Below, piece after piece: positions 46,096-55,250 of a stretch of DNA of 64,000 bases. The notes beneath the pieces are model-generated. The model was not told the DNA's origin. It worked only from the letters and a program-made list of their open reading frames with translations, and ran no database searches. Within the stretch, counting starts at the first letter, position 1. Each line of letters begins with the position of its first letter. The translations under genes were made by a program, and so were the position numbers. Origin of the DNA: Rhodospirillaceae bacterium (GTDB lineage: Bacteria; Pseudomonadota; Alphaproteobacteria; SHVZ01); contig JAEULB010000159.1 of NCBI GenBank assembly GCA_016792585.1, positions 47,097 through 111,096 of the forward strand. Reading direction: 5' to 3'.

Positions 46096-47310
46096 CTACG
46101 AGACCAGCAAATCCCGTAGCGTCAGCGCGATCACCTTGGTCGCCGCAACGACGTCGTCGAGCTTCACGCGCTCGTCGGCGCGATGCGCGTTGGCTTCCAG
46201 GATCGTGCGCGGGCCGGCGCCGTAGAGGATCGTCGGTATCCCCTGCTCGGCGTAGTGACGGGCGTCGGTGTAGAGCGGCACGCCGGTGACGGGGATCGCC
46301 TCGGCCAGGATTTCGGTCGCGCGGCGCGCCAGCGTCTCGGCCATCTTGCGGCTGGCATCGCTCGCGGTCAGCGGGCGCGCGAGAAGGACACACCGGATCT
46401 CGACCGAAGCGCCAGCAACCGAAACCGCCTTGGCGATGACGTCGCGCAGCTCGGCTTCGACCTCAGCCGGATTCTCTTCCGGGATCATCCGCCGGTCGAG
46501 GCGCAGCGTCACCGCGTCCGGCACGACATTGGTGTTGATGCCGCCCTTGATCAGGCCGACCGTCATCTGCGCGGCACCGATGCCGGGCGTCTTCGAAACG
46601 CGCGAAGCAAGCCCCTTGCGCCAGGCATAGAGCGCCTGGAGCACCTGGCTCGCCGCTTCCAGCGCGTCGATGCCGGTCGAGGGCGATGCGGCATGGGCCG
46701 AGCGTCCGCGCAAAGTCACTTCCAGATGCAGGCAGCCGTTATGGGCCGCGACCACCGCGTAGGAGAAGCCGGCGCAGATCACCATGTCGGGCTTCGAGAG
46801 GCCGGCTTTCAAGAGATGGCCGGGACCGATCTCGCCGCCGACCTCCTCGTCGTAGGTGAAGTGCAGCTCGACCGTGCCGCGCGTCGGCTTGACGGTTTCC
46901 AGCGCCATCAGCGCGAAAGCGTATGTGGCGAAGTCCGACTTCGAAACCGCAGCGCCGCGGCCGTACATCCAGCCGTCGACCACCTCGGCGCCGTATGGAT
47001 CGCGGGTCCAGCCCTCGCCAGGCGGCACCACATCGCCATGGGCATTGAGCGCGACGGTCGGGCCTGGCCCGAACTTCCGCCGGACGATCAGGTTGGCGGC
47101 ACTCTTCATACCGTTCGCGGCCACCAGATCAGCCGGGACCGGATGGGACTCGACCTTGAGCCCGAGGCCTTCGAGCAGTGCCGCCGCCTTGGCCGCCGCA
47201 CCGGCGAGGTCGCCCGGCGGATTGTCGGACGGAATGCGCACGAGCTCGGCCAGGAACCGCTCCTGGCGCGTCCGGTTTGCATCGATAAAACCCAGTATTT
47301 CTGACGTCAT
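46096..47310 (-). CDS. M20 family metallopeptidase (ArgE/DapE/acetylornithine deacetylase-like)
   Basis: 404 aa from MTSEILGFIDANR. Contains LNAHGDVVPPGEGW, GRGAAVSKS and FTYDEEVGG. Confidence 0.8.
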   Translation of the reverse strand: MTSEILGFIDANRTRQERFLAELVRIPSDNPPGDLAGAAAKAAALLEGLGLKVESHPVPADLVAANGMKSAANLIVRRKFGPGPTVALNAHGDVVPPGEGWTRDPYGAEVVDGWMYGRGAAVSKSDFATYAFALMALETVKPTRGTVELHFTYDEEVGGEIGPGHLLKAGLSKPDMVICAGFSYAVVAAHNGCLHLEVTLRGRSAHAASPSTGIDALEAASQVLQALYAWRKGLASRVSKTPGIGAAQMTVGLIKGGINTNVVPDAVTLRLDRRMIPEENPAEVEAELRDVIAKAVSVAGASVEIRCVLLARPLTASDASRKMAETLARRATEILAEAIPVTGVPLYTDARHYAEQGIPTILYGAGPRTILEANAHRADERVKLDDVVAATKVIALTLRDLLVS

Positions 47311-47472
47311 GACCACCCCTTCATGAGCCCGCCGCCCCAATAGCACATCCGGCGCGAGACCCGTCACGGAGCCGTGTTTCCAGGACGGACGTTCCCGATT
47401 GCCAAGCCTTTGAGAGGCATCATAGGCTTTCCTCATTCCTTATCATTCTTGTCCCTAGGGGAGGTTCGCATC

Positions 47473-49023
47473 GTGCTCAGATTGACCCTGTTGACGACGG
47501 TCAGCGCGCTCGCGCTGGCGGTCGCCATCTCGCCGGCGCTGGCGCAGAAGAAGGGCGGCAACGCCGTCGTCGGCACCTCCTCGGCGCCGCCGCTGACCGA
47601 TGCGCAGGCCTCCACGGCCGAAGCGTCGCGCAACATCTCGCTGCACTGGATCGAGACGCTGTTCGCGCGCGACGAGAACGCTAACGTGATCCCCGACCTC
47701 GCGACCAAGGCCGACATCTCGGCCGACGGCAAGACCTACGTGTTCACGCTGCGCGAGGGCGTGAAGTTCCACAACGGCCAGGAGATGACGTCGGAAGACG
47801 TGATCGCCTCGCTCGAGCGCTACGGCAAGGTCGGCGGCTCCGCCCAGATCATCAAGCCGATCACCAAGATGACCGCGACGTCGAAGTACGTCGTGACCGT
47901 CGAGCTGACCCAGCCGGTCCCGGGCTTCCTCGACCAGCTCTCCAGCCCGCGCGCCCCGGCCGGCATCATGCCGAAGTCGGAAGCCGGCAAGGAGCGCGGC
48001 AAGATCGACCACATCGGCACCGGCCCGTACCAGTTCGTCGAGTACATCCCGGACAGCCACGTCCAGGTGAAGCGCTTCGACGCCTACACGCAGAACAACA
48101 ACTTCCAGAAGCGTGACGGCTTCGGCGGCAAGAAGACCGCCTATTTCGACACCGTCCGCTTCCGTCACATCCCCGAGGGCGGCGCCCGCTCGGCCGCGCT
48201 CGAGGCCGGCGAGATCCATGCCGTCGACGCGCTGCCGCCGCCGTCGGCGAAGCGCCTCAAGGACAACCGGAACATCAAGATCATCGAGGCGATGCCCTGG
48301 GCGTTCCAGACCATCATCGTCAACGCTTCCTTCGGCCCGACCAAGGACCAGAAGGTGCGTCAGGCGATCCAGGCGATCATCGACGCCGAAGAGATCATGG
48401 CGATCGCGGGTGAAGGCCTTTATCGCCTGACCCATGGCTGGCAGCATCCGGGCACGACCTACTTCGCCGGCGACATCGGCAAGTCGGACTACAACGCGAA
48501 GGATCTGGCGAAGGCCAAGCGCCTCCTCGCCGAAGCCGGCTACAAGGGCGAGGAGATCGTCATCCTCACCGACTCGACGATCGCCAACCACCAGCAGACC
48601 GGCGTCGTCGCCGCCGAGCAGCTGAAGAAGGCCGGGCTCAACATCAAGCTCAACACGGTGGACTGGCCGACCGCATTCCAGCTTCGCGCCAAGCCGGAAG
48701 GCTGGAGCCTGTGGACGCTCGGCTTCGGCATCGAGCCCTACGAGGGCCCGTACAACGTGACCTCGTTCTTCGCCACCGACTACGACGGCAAGGGCGCCCA
48801 GTGGCTGGCCGACCCCGAGCTGCAGCGCGCCAACAACGTGCTGAACACCGCCCTCAAGCTCGAGGACCGGCAGAAGGCCTTTGCCGACTTCCAGAAGCGG
48901 TTCTTCGAGTTCGTCCCGGCCATCAAGGTCGGCGACCTCGGCCGCTACCAGGCGGTCCGCGCCAACGTGCAGAACTATGCGCCGGGCCGCATCCCGCGCA
49001 TGTGGGACGTCTGGTTCGAGTAA
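47473..49023 (+). CDS. ABC transporter substrate-binding protein, family 5 (no adjacent permease)
   Basis: GTG start 8 nt after GGGGAGG. Signal peptide VLRLTLLTTVSALALAVAISPALAQ. 516 aa. Confidence 0.8.
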   Translation: MLRLTLLTTVSALALAVAISPALAQKKGGNAVVGTSSAPPLTDAQASTAEASRNISLHWIETLFARDENANVIPDLATKADISADGKTYVFTLREGVKFHNGQEMTSEDVIASLERYGKVGGSAQIIKPITKMTATSKYVVTVELTQPVPGFLDQLSSPRAPAGIMPKSEAGKERGKIDHIGTGPYQFVEYIPDSHVQVKRFDAYTQNNNFQKRDGFGGKKTAYFDTVRFRHIPEGGARSAALEAGEIHAVDALPPPSAKRLKDNRNIKIIEAMPWAFQTIIVNASFGPTKDQKVRQAIQAIIDAEEIMAIAGEGLYRLTHGWQHPGTTYFAGDIGKSDYNAKDLAKAKRLLAEAGYKGEEIVILTDSTIANHQQTGVVAAEQLKKAGLNIKLNTVDWPTAFQLRAKPEGWSLWTLGFGIEPYEGPYNVTSFFATDYDGKGAQWLADPELQRANNVLNTALKLEDRQKAFADFQKRFFEFVPAIKVGDLGRYQAVRANVQNYAPGRIPRMWDVWFE

Positions 49024-49046
49024 GCCGAACCGCATAACGCCTAACG

Positions 49047-49077
49047 ACGGGGGGCTTCGGCCCCCCGTTTTCGTTTC
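49047..49077 (+). terminator. rho-independent terminator
   Basis: ACGGGGGGC-TTCG-GCCCCCCGT followed by TTTTCGTTT, 24 nt after the SBP stop. Confidence 0.75.
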
Positions 49078-49116
49078 TGCTACGATCCTAAAATCCCGCC
49101 CAAGAAGGAGAAGCCG

Positions 49117-49872
49117 ATGTCTTTCTACCGAGGCATGACCTGCGAGAACGTGACGATCACCGGCGACGGCGGAACCCCGATCACCGCCTATGTGGCGAAG
49201 CCGGCTGGCAGCGGCCCCTTCCCCGGGATCGTGCTGGTCCACCACATGCCCGGCTGGAGCGAGCTCTATATCGAGACGACGCGCCGCTTCGCCCATCACG
49301 GCTACATCGCGATCTGCCATAACCTCTATGAGCGCACCGGCAACGCCGATGCGAATCCCGACGACGTCGCGGCCAAGGTTCGCGCCGAGGGCGGCATCCC
49401 CGATGCCCAGATGGTCGGCGACACGGCGGCCGCAGTGAAGTGGATGCGCTCTCAAGCCAACCTCAACGGCAAGGTCGGGATCTTCGGCTCATGCTCCGGC
49501 GGACGGCACGCCCTGATCTACGCCTCGCAGAGGAAGGATGTGGACGCCTGCGCCGACCTCTGGGGCGGCCGCGTGGTGATGAGCAAGGAGGAGCTCAACC
49601 CGAAGACGCCCGTGGCGCCGATCGACATGACCAAGGACCTCTCCTGTCCGTTGCTCGGCATCTTCGGCAACGAGGACCGGGCGCCGCCGCCCGATCAGGT
49701 GAACCAGCACGAGGCGGAGCTGAAGAAGCACGGCAAGGTTTACGAATTCCACCGCTACGACGGCGCCGGCCACGGCTTCTTCTACTGGCACCGGCCGATC
49801 TACCGGCCCGAGCAGGCGATGGACGGCTGGAGCAAGGTCTTCGCCTTCTTCGGCAAGCACCTCGGGAAATAG
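49117..49872 (+). CDS. dienelactone hydrolase family protein
   Basis: 251 aa with a GAAGGAGAAG RBS. Contains PGIVLVHHMPG and GIFGSCSGGRHA (Cys nucleophile elbow). Confidence 0.8.
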   Translation: MSFYRGMTCENVTITGDGGTPITAYVAKPAGSGPFPGIVLVHHMPGWSELYIETTRRFAHHGYIAICHNLYERTGNADANPDDVAAKVRAEGGIPDAQMVGDTAAAVKWMRSQANLNGKVGIFGSCSGGRHALIYASQRKDVDACADLWGGRVVMSKEELNPKTPVAPIDMTKDLSCPLLGIFGNEDRAPPPDQVNQHEAELKKHGKVYEFHRYDGAGHGFFYWHRPIYRPEQAMDGWSKVFAFFGKHLGK

Positions 49873-49882
49873 GAAGCGCGAC

Positions 49883-50188
49883 ATGTGCACCTCGATCATT
49901 GAGATCGCGCCGGCCGAAGGCATGGCGAAGCGCGGCGACGAGTGGTTCCCGCTCTCCCGGGCCGTGATCGCCTATGACCACGCCCGGCACGCGCCTCTGG
50001 GCGACGTCATCACGCTCGACTTCACCAATGCGGCCCTCGATCCCGGCGCCAGGGCGGCGGTGGAGCTGACGCTGGCCTCGGCCAGGGAACTTCGCGCCGC
50101 CCTTGACCGCGCCATCGCCGCTGCGGAATACGAGGAAGCCGAAGTGCGCGGCAAGGGTGCCGCCCTCTATCTCCTGCGGAGCGCGTGA
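49883..50188 (+). CDS. hypothetical protein, 101 aa
   Basis: ORF packed 10 nt after the previous gene and 1 nt before the next. GC3-rich codon pattern. I recognise no family. Confidence 0.45.
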   Translation: MCTSIIEIAPAEGMAKRGDEWFPLSRAVIAYDHARHAPLGDVITLDFTNAALDPGARAAVELTLASARELRAALDRAIAAAEYEEAEVRGKGAALYLLRSA

Positions 50189-50189
50189 C

Positions 50190-50948
50190 ATGAACCTATC
50201 AGCCGCGATCCTGGCCGCCCTGCTCCTCGCCGCCCCGGCCTCGGCCGCCGAGATCAAGGTCTTGAGTGCCGGTGCCTTCAAGCCGGTCGTGGCGGCGCTG
50301 GCGCCCGACTTCGAGAAGCAGACCGGCCACAAGGTCACGATCGACAACGACACCGCGGGCGGCCTCGCCCGCCGCATCACCGGCGGCGAGGCATTCGATC
50401 TCGTGGTGATTCCGCCGGGCGGGATCGAGCCGCTGGTCAAGGCCGGCAAGGTGGTCGACGGCTCGGCGGTGCGGCTGGCGCGCGTCGCGATCGGTGTCGC
50501 GGTCAAGAAGGGCGCACCGGCGCCCGACATCGGCAGCGTCGCCGCGTTCCAGGAGGCGCTGCTGAAGGCGCGCGCGGTCGCCTATATCGATCCCGCCGCC
50601 GGCGGATCGAGCGGCATTTATCTTACGGAGCTGTTCGTGAAGCTCGGCATCGCCGACCGCATCAGGCCGAAGGCAGTGCTGGTTCCCGGCGGACTCGTCG
50701 CCGAACGGCTGGTCAATGACCAGGCCGACATCGCGCTCCACCAGATCAGCGAGATCCTGGCCGTGCCCGGTGCGACGCTGGTCGGCCCGATCCCGCGCGA
50801 GATCCAGAACTACACGGTCTATGCCGGCGCGCTCGGCACCGGCGCCCGCGACATCTCGGCGGCACGTGCGCTTCTCGCCGCGCTCAAGGGTCCGGGAGCC
50901 GAGGCGATATTGAAGGACAAGGGCATGGAACCCGCGCCCGGTGGCTGA
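50190..50948 (+). CDS. periplasmic substrate-binding protein, ModA/molybdate-like PBP2 fold (no adjacent permease)
   Basis: 252 aa from MNLSAAILAALLLAAPASAAEIKVLSAGAF. Length and opening resemble molybdate/tungstate-type binding proteins. Confidence 0.65.
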   Translation: MNLSAAILAALLLAAPASAAEIKVLSAGAFKPVVAALAPDFEKQTGHKVTIDNDTAGGLARRITGGEAFDLVVIPPGGIEPLVKAGKVVDGSAVRLARVAIGVAVKKGAPAPDIGSVAAFQEALLKARAVAYIDPAAGGSSGIYLTELFVKLGIADRIRPKAVLVPGGLVAERLVNDQADIALHQISEILAVPGATLVGPIPREIQNYTVYAGALGTGARDISAARALLAALKGPGAEAILKDKGMEPAPGG

Positions 50949-51690
50949 CGCGCTGCCACTGATCGAGGTCTGCGTCGAGGGCGTCGAGGGGCTGCTGGCC
51001 GCCCAGGATGGCGGCACCGATCGTGTCGAACTTTGCGCCAGCCTGATGGAAGGCGGGATTACGCCGAGCCTCGGCACCGTCCGGCAGGCGCAACACCTCG
51101 CCGCAATTCCGTTCTTCACGATCGTCCGTCCGCGCGGCGGCGACTTCCTCTATTCGACGGCCGAGTTCGTCTCCATGCTCGAAGACGTCGAGGCGCTGCG
51201 CGACTTGGGAGTTCCGGGTGTCGTCTTCGGGTGCCTGACCGCCGATGGGCGGATCGACGAGGAACGTATGACGGCCCTGGTCGCGCGCGCCGGTGCGATG
51301 CAGGTCACCTGTCATCGCGCCTTCGACATGACCGCCGATCCGATCGAAGCGCTCGAAGCACTGGTCCGCTGCGGCGTGCACCGCGTGCTCACCAGCGGCC
51401 AGCGCGATACCGCCCTCGAAGGGGCGCCGCTTCTGCGCGAGCTGGTACATCGGGCCGGCGACCGCATCGTCGTCATGGGCTGCGGCCGCCTGAACGCGTC
51501 CACGATCGGCGAGGTGCGGCGGCTGACCGACCTCAAGGAGATGCACTTTTCGGCGCCCGCCCAGCAGCCAAGCGGCATGACCTATCGCAATCCCCATATC
51601 CGCATGGGCGGGCCATCGGACCGCGAGTACACCGCCACGGTCACCGATCCTGATGCCGTGCGGGCCACCATCGCCGCCGCCCGCGCCTGA
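50941..51690 (+). CDS. cutC: copper homeostasis protein CutC family
   Basis: 249 aa. LIEVCVEGVEGLLAAQDGGTDRVELC...HRAFD...RVLTSG is typical of CutC. GTG start overlaps the previous gene by 8 nt. Confidence 0.8.
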   Translation: MADALPLIEVCVEGVEGLLAAQDGGTDRVELCASLMEGGITPSLGTVRQAQHLAAIPFFTIVRPRGGDFLYSTAEFVSMLEDVEALRDLGVPGVVFGCLTADGRIDEERMTALVARAGAMQVTCHRAFDMTADPIEALEALVRCGVHRVLTSGQRDTALEGAPLLRELVHRAGDRIVVMGCGRLNASTIGEVRRLTDLKEMHFSAPAQQPSGMTYRNPHIRMGGPSDREYTATVTDPDAVRATIAAARA

Positions 51691-51693
51691 GGG

Positions 51694-52149
51694 TCAGCCG
51701 GGTTCCTTCATCACGGTGATGTCGACCACGCGGTTGCGAGGCTCGGACTTCTCGTCGGCCGTCGCGACATCCGGCCGGCGTTCGCCGGTCCAGCCCCAGT
51801 CGATCCGTGCCGTCGGCATCCCGGCGGCAACGAGCTCGGCCAGGACCGCCTCGGTCCGCCGCTTCGACAGCGCCATGTTGACCGGCGGGGAACCGACGCG
51901 GTCGGTCTTCCCGATCACCCGCACGCTCATCTTGTCGTTGTTGGCGGCGACGGCGGCGATCGCGGCGACGACGGCCTGTCCGCGCGCATCGATCTCGGCG
52001 CTGTCGGTGTCGAAGAAGACCTGGTACTCCGTGCGCGCTTCCGCCGGCGCCACGACGGCCTGGGTCGTCGGCGCCGGCCGGGCGCATCCCGCGATGGCGA
52101 CCGAAAGCGTCAGCAAAAGCGCCGCGAGCCGGTTCTTCGGGTAGGGCAT
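51694..52149 (-). CDS. OmpA-family lipoprotein
   Basis: 151 aa from MPYPKNRLAALLLTLSVAIAGC (lipobox). OmpA_C-like FFDTDSAEI...NMALSKRRTEAV. GGAGACAGGA RBS. Confidence 0.75.
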   Translation of the reverse strand: MPYPKNRLAALLLTLSVAIAGCARPAPTTQAVVAPAEARTEYQVFFDTDSAEIDARGQAVVAAIAAVAANNDKMSVRVIGKTDRVGSPPVNMALSKRRTEAVLAELVAAGMPTARIDWGWTGERRPDVATADEKSEPRNRVVDITVMKEPG

Positions 52150-52319
52150 TCCTGTCTCCAACTTCCGGTTGGCTTGTATCGGTACGGCTGGCCCGTCCCG
52201 GACGGGACGAACCAGGGCTGAATTGACCCGAAAGGGGATTGTGCCGGTGAGGTGAGTGCGCAGGCGTAGGCGAGCTATGGGTAACTGAACACCCCATCGG
52301 CCCGGAAGTTCCCGGATGA

Positions 52320-53075
52320 TTACGCCGCGCGCGCCGGCTCCGCCGTCGCCCAGGCGACGCAGGCGAGCGCCAGCGCGTCGGTCGCATCGAAGCACCGCTC
52401 CAGGATCTCTTTCCGCGCCGGGGCCAAGCCGACCGGGACCTCGGTGCAGCCGAGGACGACCCGGGCGGCCCCCGCCGCGAGCAGCCGCTCGACCGCTTCC
52501 TCGAGCAGCGGCGTAGCGCCCTGGGTATCGCCGGTCTTGACCTTGCGGACCGCCGGCCAGAACAGGCGCTCGCTCTCCTCGGGCCCGAGGGCCAGGCATT
52601 CGTAGCCATGCGCTTCGAGGCGGTCCTGATAGACCCGCGTCCGGACCGTCGCCTCGGTTCCGATCAACCCGACCCGGCCCTTCGGCACACCGAGCGCCAC
52701 GAGCCGCTCGGCGGCGGTCTCGCCGATGTGCAGCAGCCGGGCGCCACAGCCTCGCCGGAGGCCCTCATACCAGTAGTGCGCCGTGTTGCAGGCGATCGCG
52801 ATGCATCCGGCGCCCATCTGCTCCAGCCGCCGGACGCCCTCCTGCATCATCGGCAGCGGCGACTCGCCGGTACCGAAGATCGCCGCGGACCGGTCCGGGA
52901 TCTGCGGCACCGACCAGGCGACCATCGGGATGTGGTCCTGGTCCTTCGTCGCCGGGGTCGCCTCGATCACTTTGCGCATGAAGTCGGTGGTCGCCAGCGG
53001 CCCCATGCCGCCCAGCACGCCGATCATACGCCGGCCCACCCGAGAGGCGCGGCCACCGGAATCATCCGTCGTCAT
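52320..53075 (-). CDS. aspartate/glutamate racemase family protein
   Basis: 251 aa from MTTDDSGG. Contains IGVLGGMGPLAT and both catalytic Cys contexts (IACNTAHYW and LGCTEVP). ATGA overlap with the upstream gene. Confidence 0.8.
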   Translation of the reverse strand: MTTDDSGGRASRVGRRMIGVLGGMGPLATTDFMRKVIEATPATKDQDHIPMVAWSVPQIPDRSAAIFGTGESPLPMMQEGVRRLEQMGAGCIAIACNTAHYWYEGLRRGCGARLLHIGETAAERLVALGVPKGRVGLIGTEATVRTRVYQDRLEAHGYECLALGPEESERLFWPAVRKVKTGDTQGATPLLEEAVERLLAAGAARVVLGCTEVPVGLAPARKEILERCFDATDALALACVAWATAEPARAA

Positions 53076-53479
53076 GGGTCGACCGCGTACTTCTTGAGGT
53101 CTTCGAGCGAGCAATAGGCGAGCGCCCCTTCATGCGTCGCGCGCAGGACGACCTTCGGCGCGCGGCCGGCCTCCAGCGCCTCCTGCCAGCGCGGGGCGCA
53201 GAGGCACCATCGGTCGCCAGGCTTGAGTCCGGCGAAGCCGTATTGCGGATAGGGCGTCGAAAGGTCGTTGCCCACGCTTCTCGAATATTCCAGGAACTCG
53301 GCCGTGGTCACGCAGCAGACCGTGTGGCTGCCGATATCCTCGGGCGAGGTGTCGCAGCAGCCGTTGCGGAAGAAGCCGGTCACGGGATCGAGCGAGCAAT
53401 CTTCGAGCTTGCCACCGAGCACGTTCCTGGAAGGGCGGCGTCCGCCGCCCCCTCCCCATCTTTGATCGTCTAGTGGCAT
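53072..53479 (-). CDS. DUF2237 family protein
   Basis: 135 aa. NVLGGKLEDCSLDPVTGFFRNGCCDT...HTVCCVTTAEF...WCLCAPRW matches my recollection of the DUF2237 Cys-rich pattern. Confidence 0.7.
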   Translation of the reverse strand: MPLDDQRWGGGGGRRPSRNVLGGKLEDCSLDPVTGFFRNGCCDTSPEDIGSHTVCCVTTAEFLEYSRSVGNDLSTPYPQYGFAGLKPGDRWCLCAPRWQEALEAGRAPKVVLRATHEGALAYCSLEDLKKYAVDP

Positions 53480-53523
53480 TGTCCGGCTGCCGTCGATGGA
53501 CCCTGCCGGATACTACCGCAGCC

Positions 53524-55248
53524 TCACGCCGCCCGCGCCTTCTTCGTCGCCTCGGCATCGACCACCGGCGGCTCGCCGGTGATGACGACGCCATAGGCCA
53601 GGCGCGCGTGCTCGCGGTCGACCTTGCCGAGCTTCACATCCTCCAGCACGCACTCGGGATCGCGCTCGAACGGGTTGCCCCAGCCGCCAGCGCCTGGAAG
53701 CACGTGGCGGAAGAGATCGCCGTTGCGAAGCGTCACCGGGTTGGTGATCAGCACCGGGAGGCTGCGTGCCTCGCCGTCGGGGTTGACGATCGACAGGCAC
53801 GGTGCCCCCGCCCTGCCGCCGGAAAGGCCGAAGGGCGGGAAGCGGCGCTTGTCCGAGCGAAGGGTCATCGTGCCGGCGTCGCCGAGGAAGCGATAGTCGC
53901 GGATCATCGACAGCCCGCCACGATACTTGCCGGGCCCGCCGGTGTTCGGCACCAGGCCGTACTGCTCGATGCGGATCGGATACTCGGCCTCGATCATCTC
54001 GACCGGTACGTTCGACTGGTTGGCACCCATGTGGGTCACGCCTTCCTGGCCGTCGCCGGAGGCCGATCCGCCCCAGTTGCCCATGAAGGTCTCGACGAAG
54101 ACGAAGGGCTTGCCCTGGTACTCCCCGCCGATCGCCGGGATCGAGGAGCCGCCATTGCCGTCCGCCGGCACCCGGTGCGGTACCGCCTGGGCCAGCGCGC
54201 CGAACACCGTGTCCATGGTGCGGAAGCCGGTGATGCCACGGGCGCCGCAGGCGCCGGGCGGGCGCGGGTTGACGATGGAGCCCAACGGCGCCTTCACATG
54301 GATCGGCCGGGTGAAGCCCTGGGCGTTCGGGATCTCCTCGCCCATGATCGAGCGGATCGCCGCATAGCAGGCGGCCTTGGTGAAGGGCACCGGCGCGTTG
54401 ATGCCCGCCGGCACCTGCGGCGACGTCCCGTCCAGGTCGACGGTGATCTCGTCGCCGGCGACCGTGACGGCGGCGCAAAAGCGGATCGGCTCCGGGTTCT
54501 CGCCGAAGCCGTCGATCCAGGACTCGAACCTGTAGGTGCCGTCCGGGATCTCGGCGATCACCGAGCGGGCCAGGCGCTCGGCATGGTCATGGATCTCGGC
54601 GAAGGTCGCGCGCAGCGTCGCCTTGCCGTACTTGGCGAACAGCGACTGGATCTCGCGCACGCCGATCGCGGTCGCGGCAATCTGGGCATTCAGGTCGCCC
54701 AGCACCTTCTCCGGCACGCGCACGTTCGCCGAGAGGATGTCGAGGACGGCCTGGTTGTCCACGCCGTTCGAGCTGAGCTTGATGAACGGCAGGCGCAACC
54801 CTTCCTGGTAGATGTCGGTCGAGCCGATCGAGTTGCTGCCCGGAACGATGCCGCCGATGTCGTTGTGGTGCGCGACCGTGGTCGCCCAGGCCTCCAGCGT
54901 GCCTTCCACGAACACCGGCCGGATGATGTAGATGTCCGGCAGGTGCTGGCCGGCCGAGAGATAGGGGTCGTTGAAGATGAAGACATCCTTCTCGGCGACG
55001 TCGCCTTCGTAGCGCCGGATCAGCGCCTGCATCGCGTCGTGGAAGCTGCCGAGGTGCAGCGGCGTGGTGAGCCCCTGAGCCAGCGTGCCACCTTTGGCAT
55101 CGCAGACCGCCGTCGAGTAATCCATCGAGTCGCGCACGATGCCGGAGCAGGCGGTCCGCAGCACGATCAGCGCGATCTCGTCGGCGACCGCATCGAGCGC
55201 GTTGCGGACGATCTCGGTCAGCACCGGGTCGATATTGTGCTTGGCCAT
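53524..55248 (-). CDS. hyuB: hydantoinase B / oxoprolinase family protein
   Basis: 574 aa. The opening IDPVLTEIVRNALDAVADEIALIVLRTACSGIVRDSMDYSTAV is typical of Hydantoinase_B. Confidence 0.85.
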   Translation of the reverse strand: MAKHNIDPVLTEIVRNALDAVADEIALIVLRTACSGIVRDSMDYSTAVCDAKGGTLAQGLTTPLHLGSFHDAMQALIRRYEGDVAEKDVFIFNDPYLSAGQHLPDIYIIRPVFVEGTLEAWATTVAHHNDIGGIVPGSNSIGSTDIYQEGLRLPFIKLSSNGVDNQAVLDILSANVRVPEKVLGDLNAQIAATAIGVREIQSLFAKYGKATLRATFAEIHDHAERLARSVIAEIPDGTYRFESWIDGFGENPEPIRFCAAVTVAGDEITVDLDGTSPQVPAGINAPVPFTKAACYAAIRSIMGEEIPNAQGFTRPIHVKAPLGSIVNPRPPGACGARGITGFRTMDTVFGALAQAVPHRVPADGNGGSSIPAIGGEYQGKPFVFVETFMGNWGGSASGDGQEGVTHMGANQSNVPVEMIEAEYPIRIEQYGLVPNTGGPGKYRGGLSMIRDYRFLGDAGTMTLRSDKRRFPPFGLSGGRAGAPCLSIVNPDGEARSLPVLITNPVTLRNGDLFRHVLPGAGGWGNPFERDPECVLEDVKLGKVDREHARLAYGVVITGEPPVVDAEATKKARAA

Positions 55249-55250
55249 GG

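Noticed and set aside
47455-49455. 666-aa minus-strand ORF
   Set aside because: It is antisense to a family-5 SBP with a signal peptide, RBS and terminator. It also crosses that terminator and the next gene start. High-GC shadow ORF.
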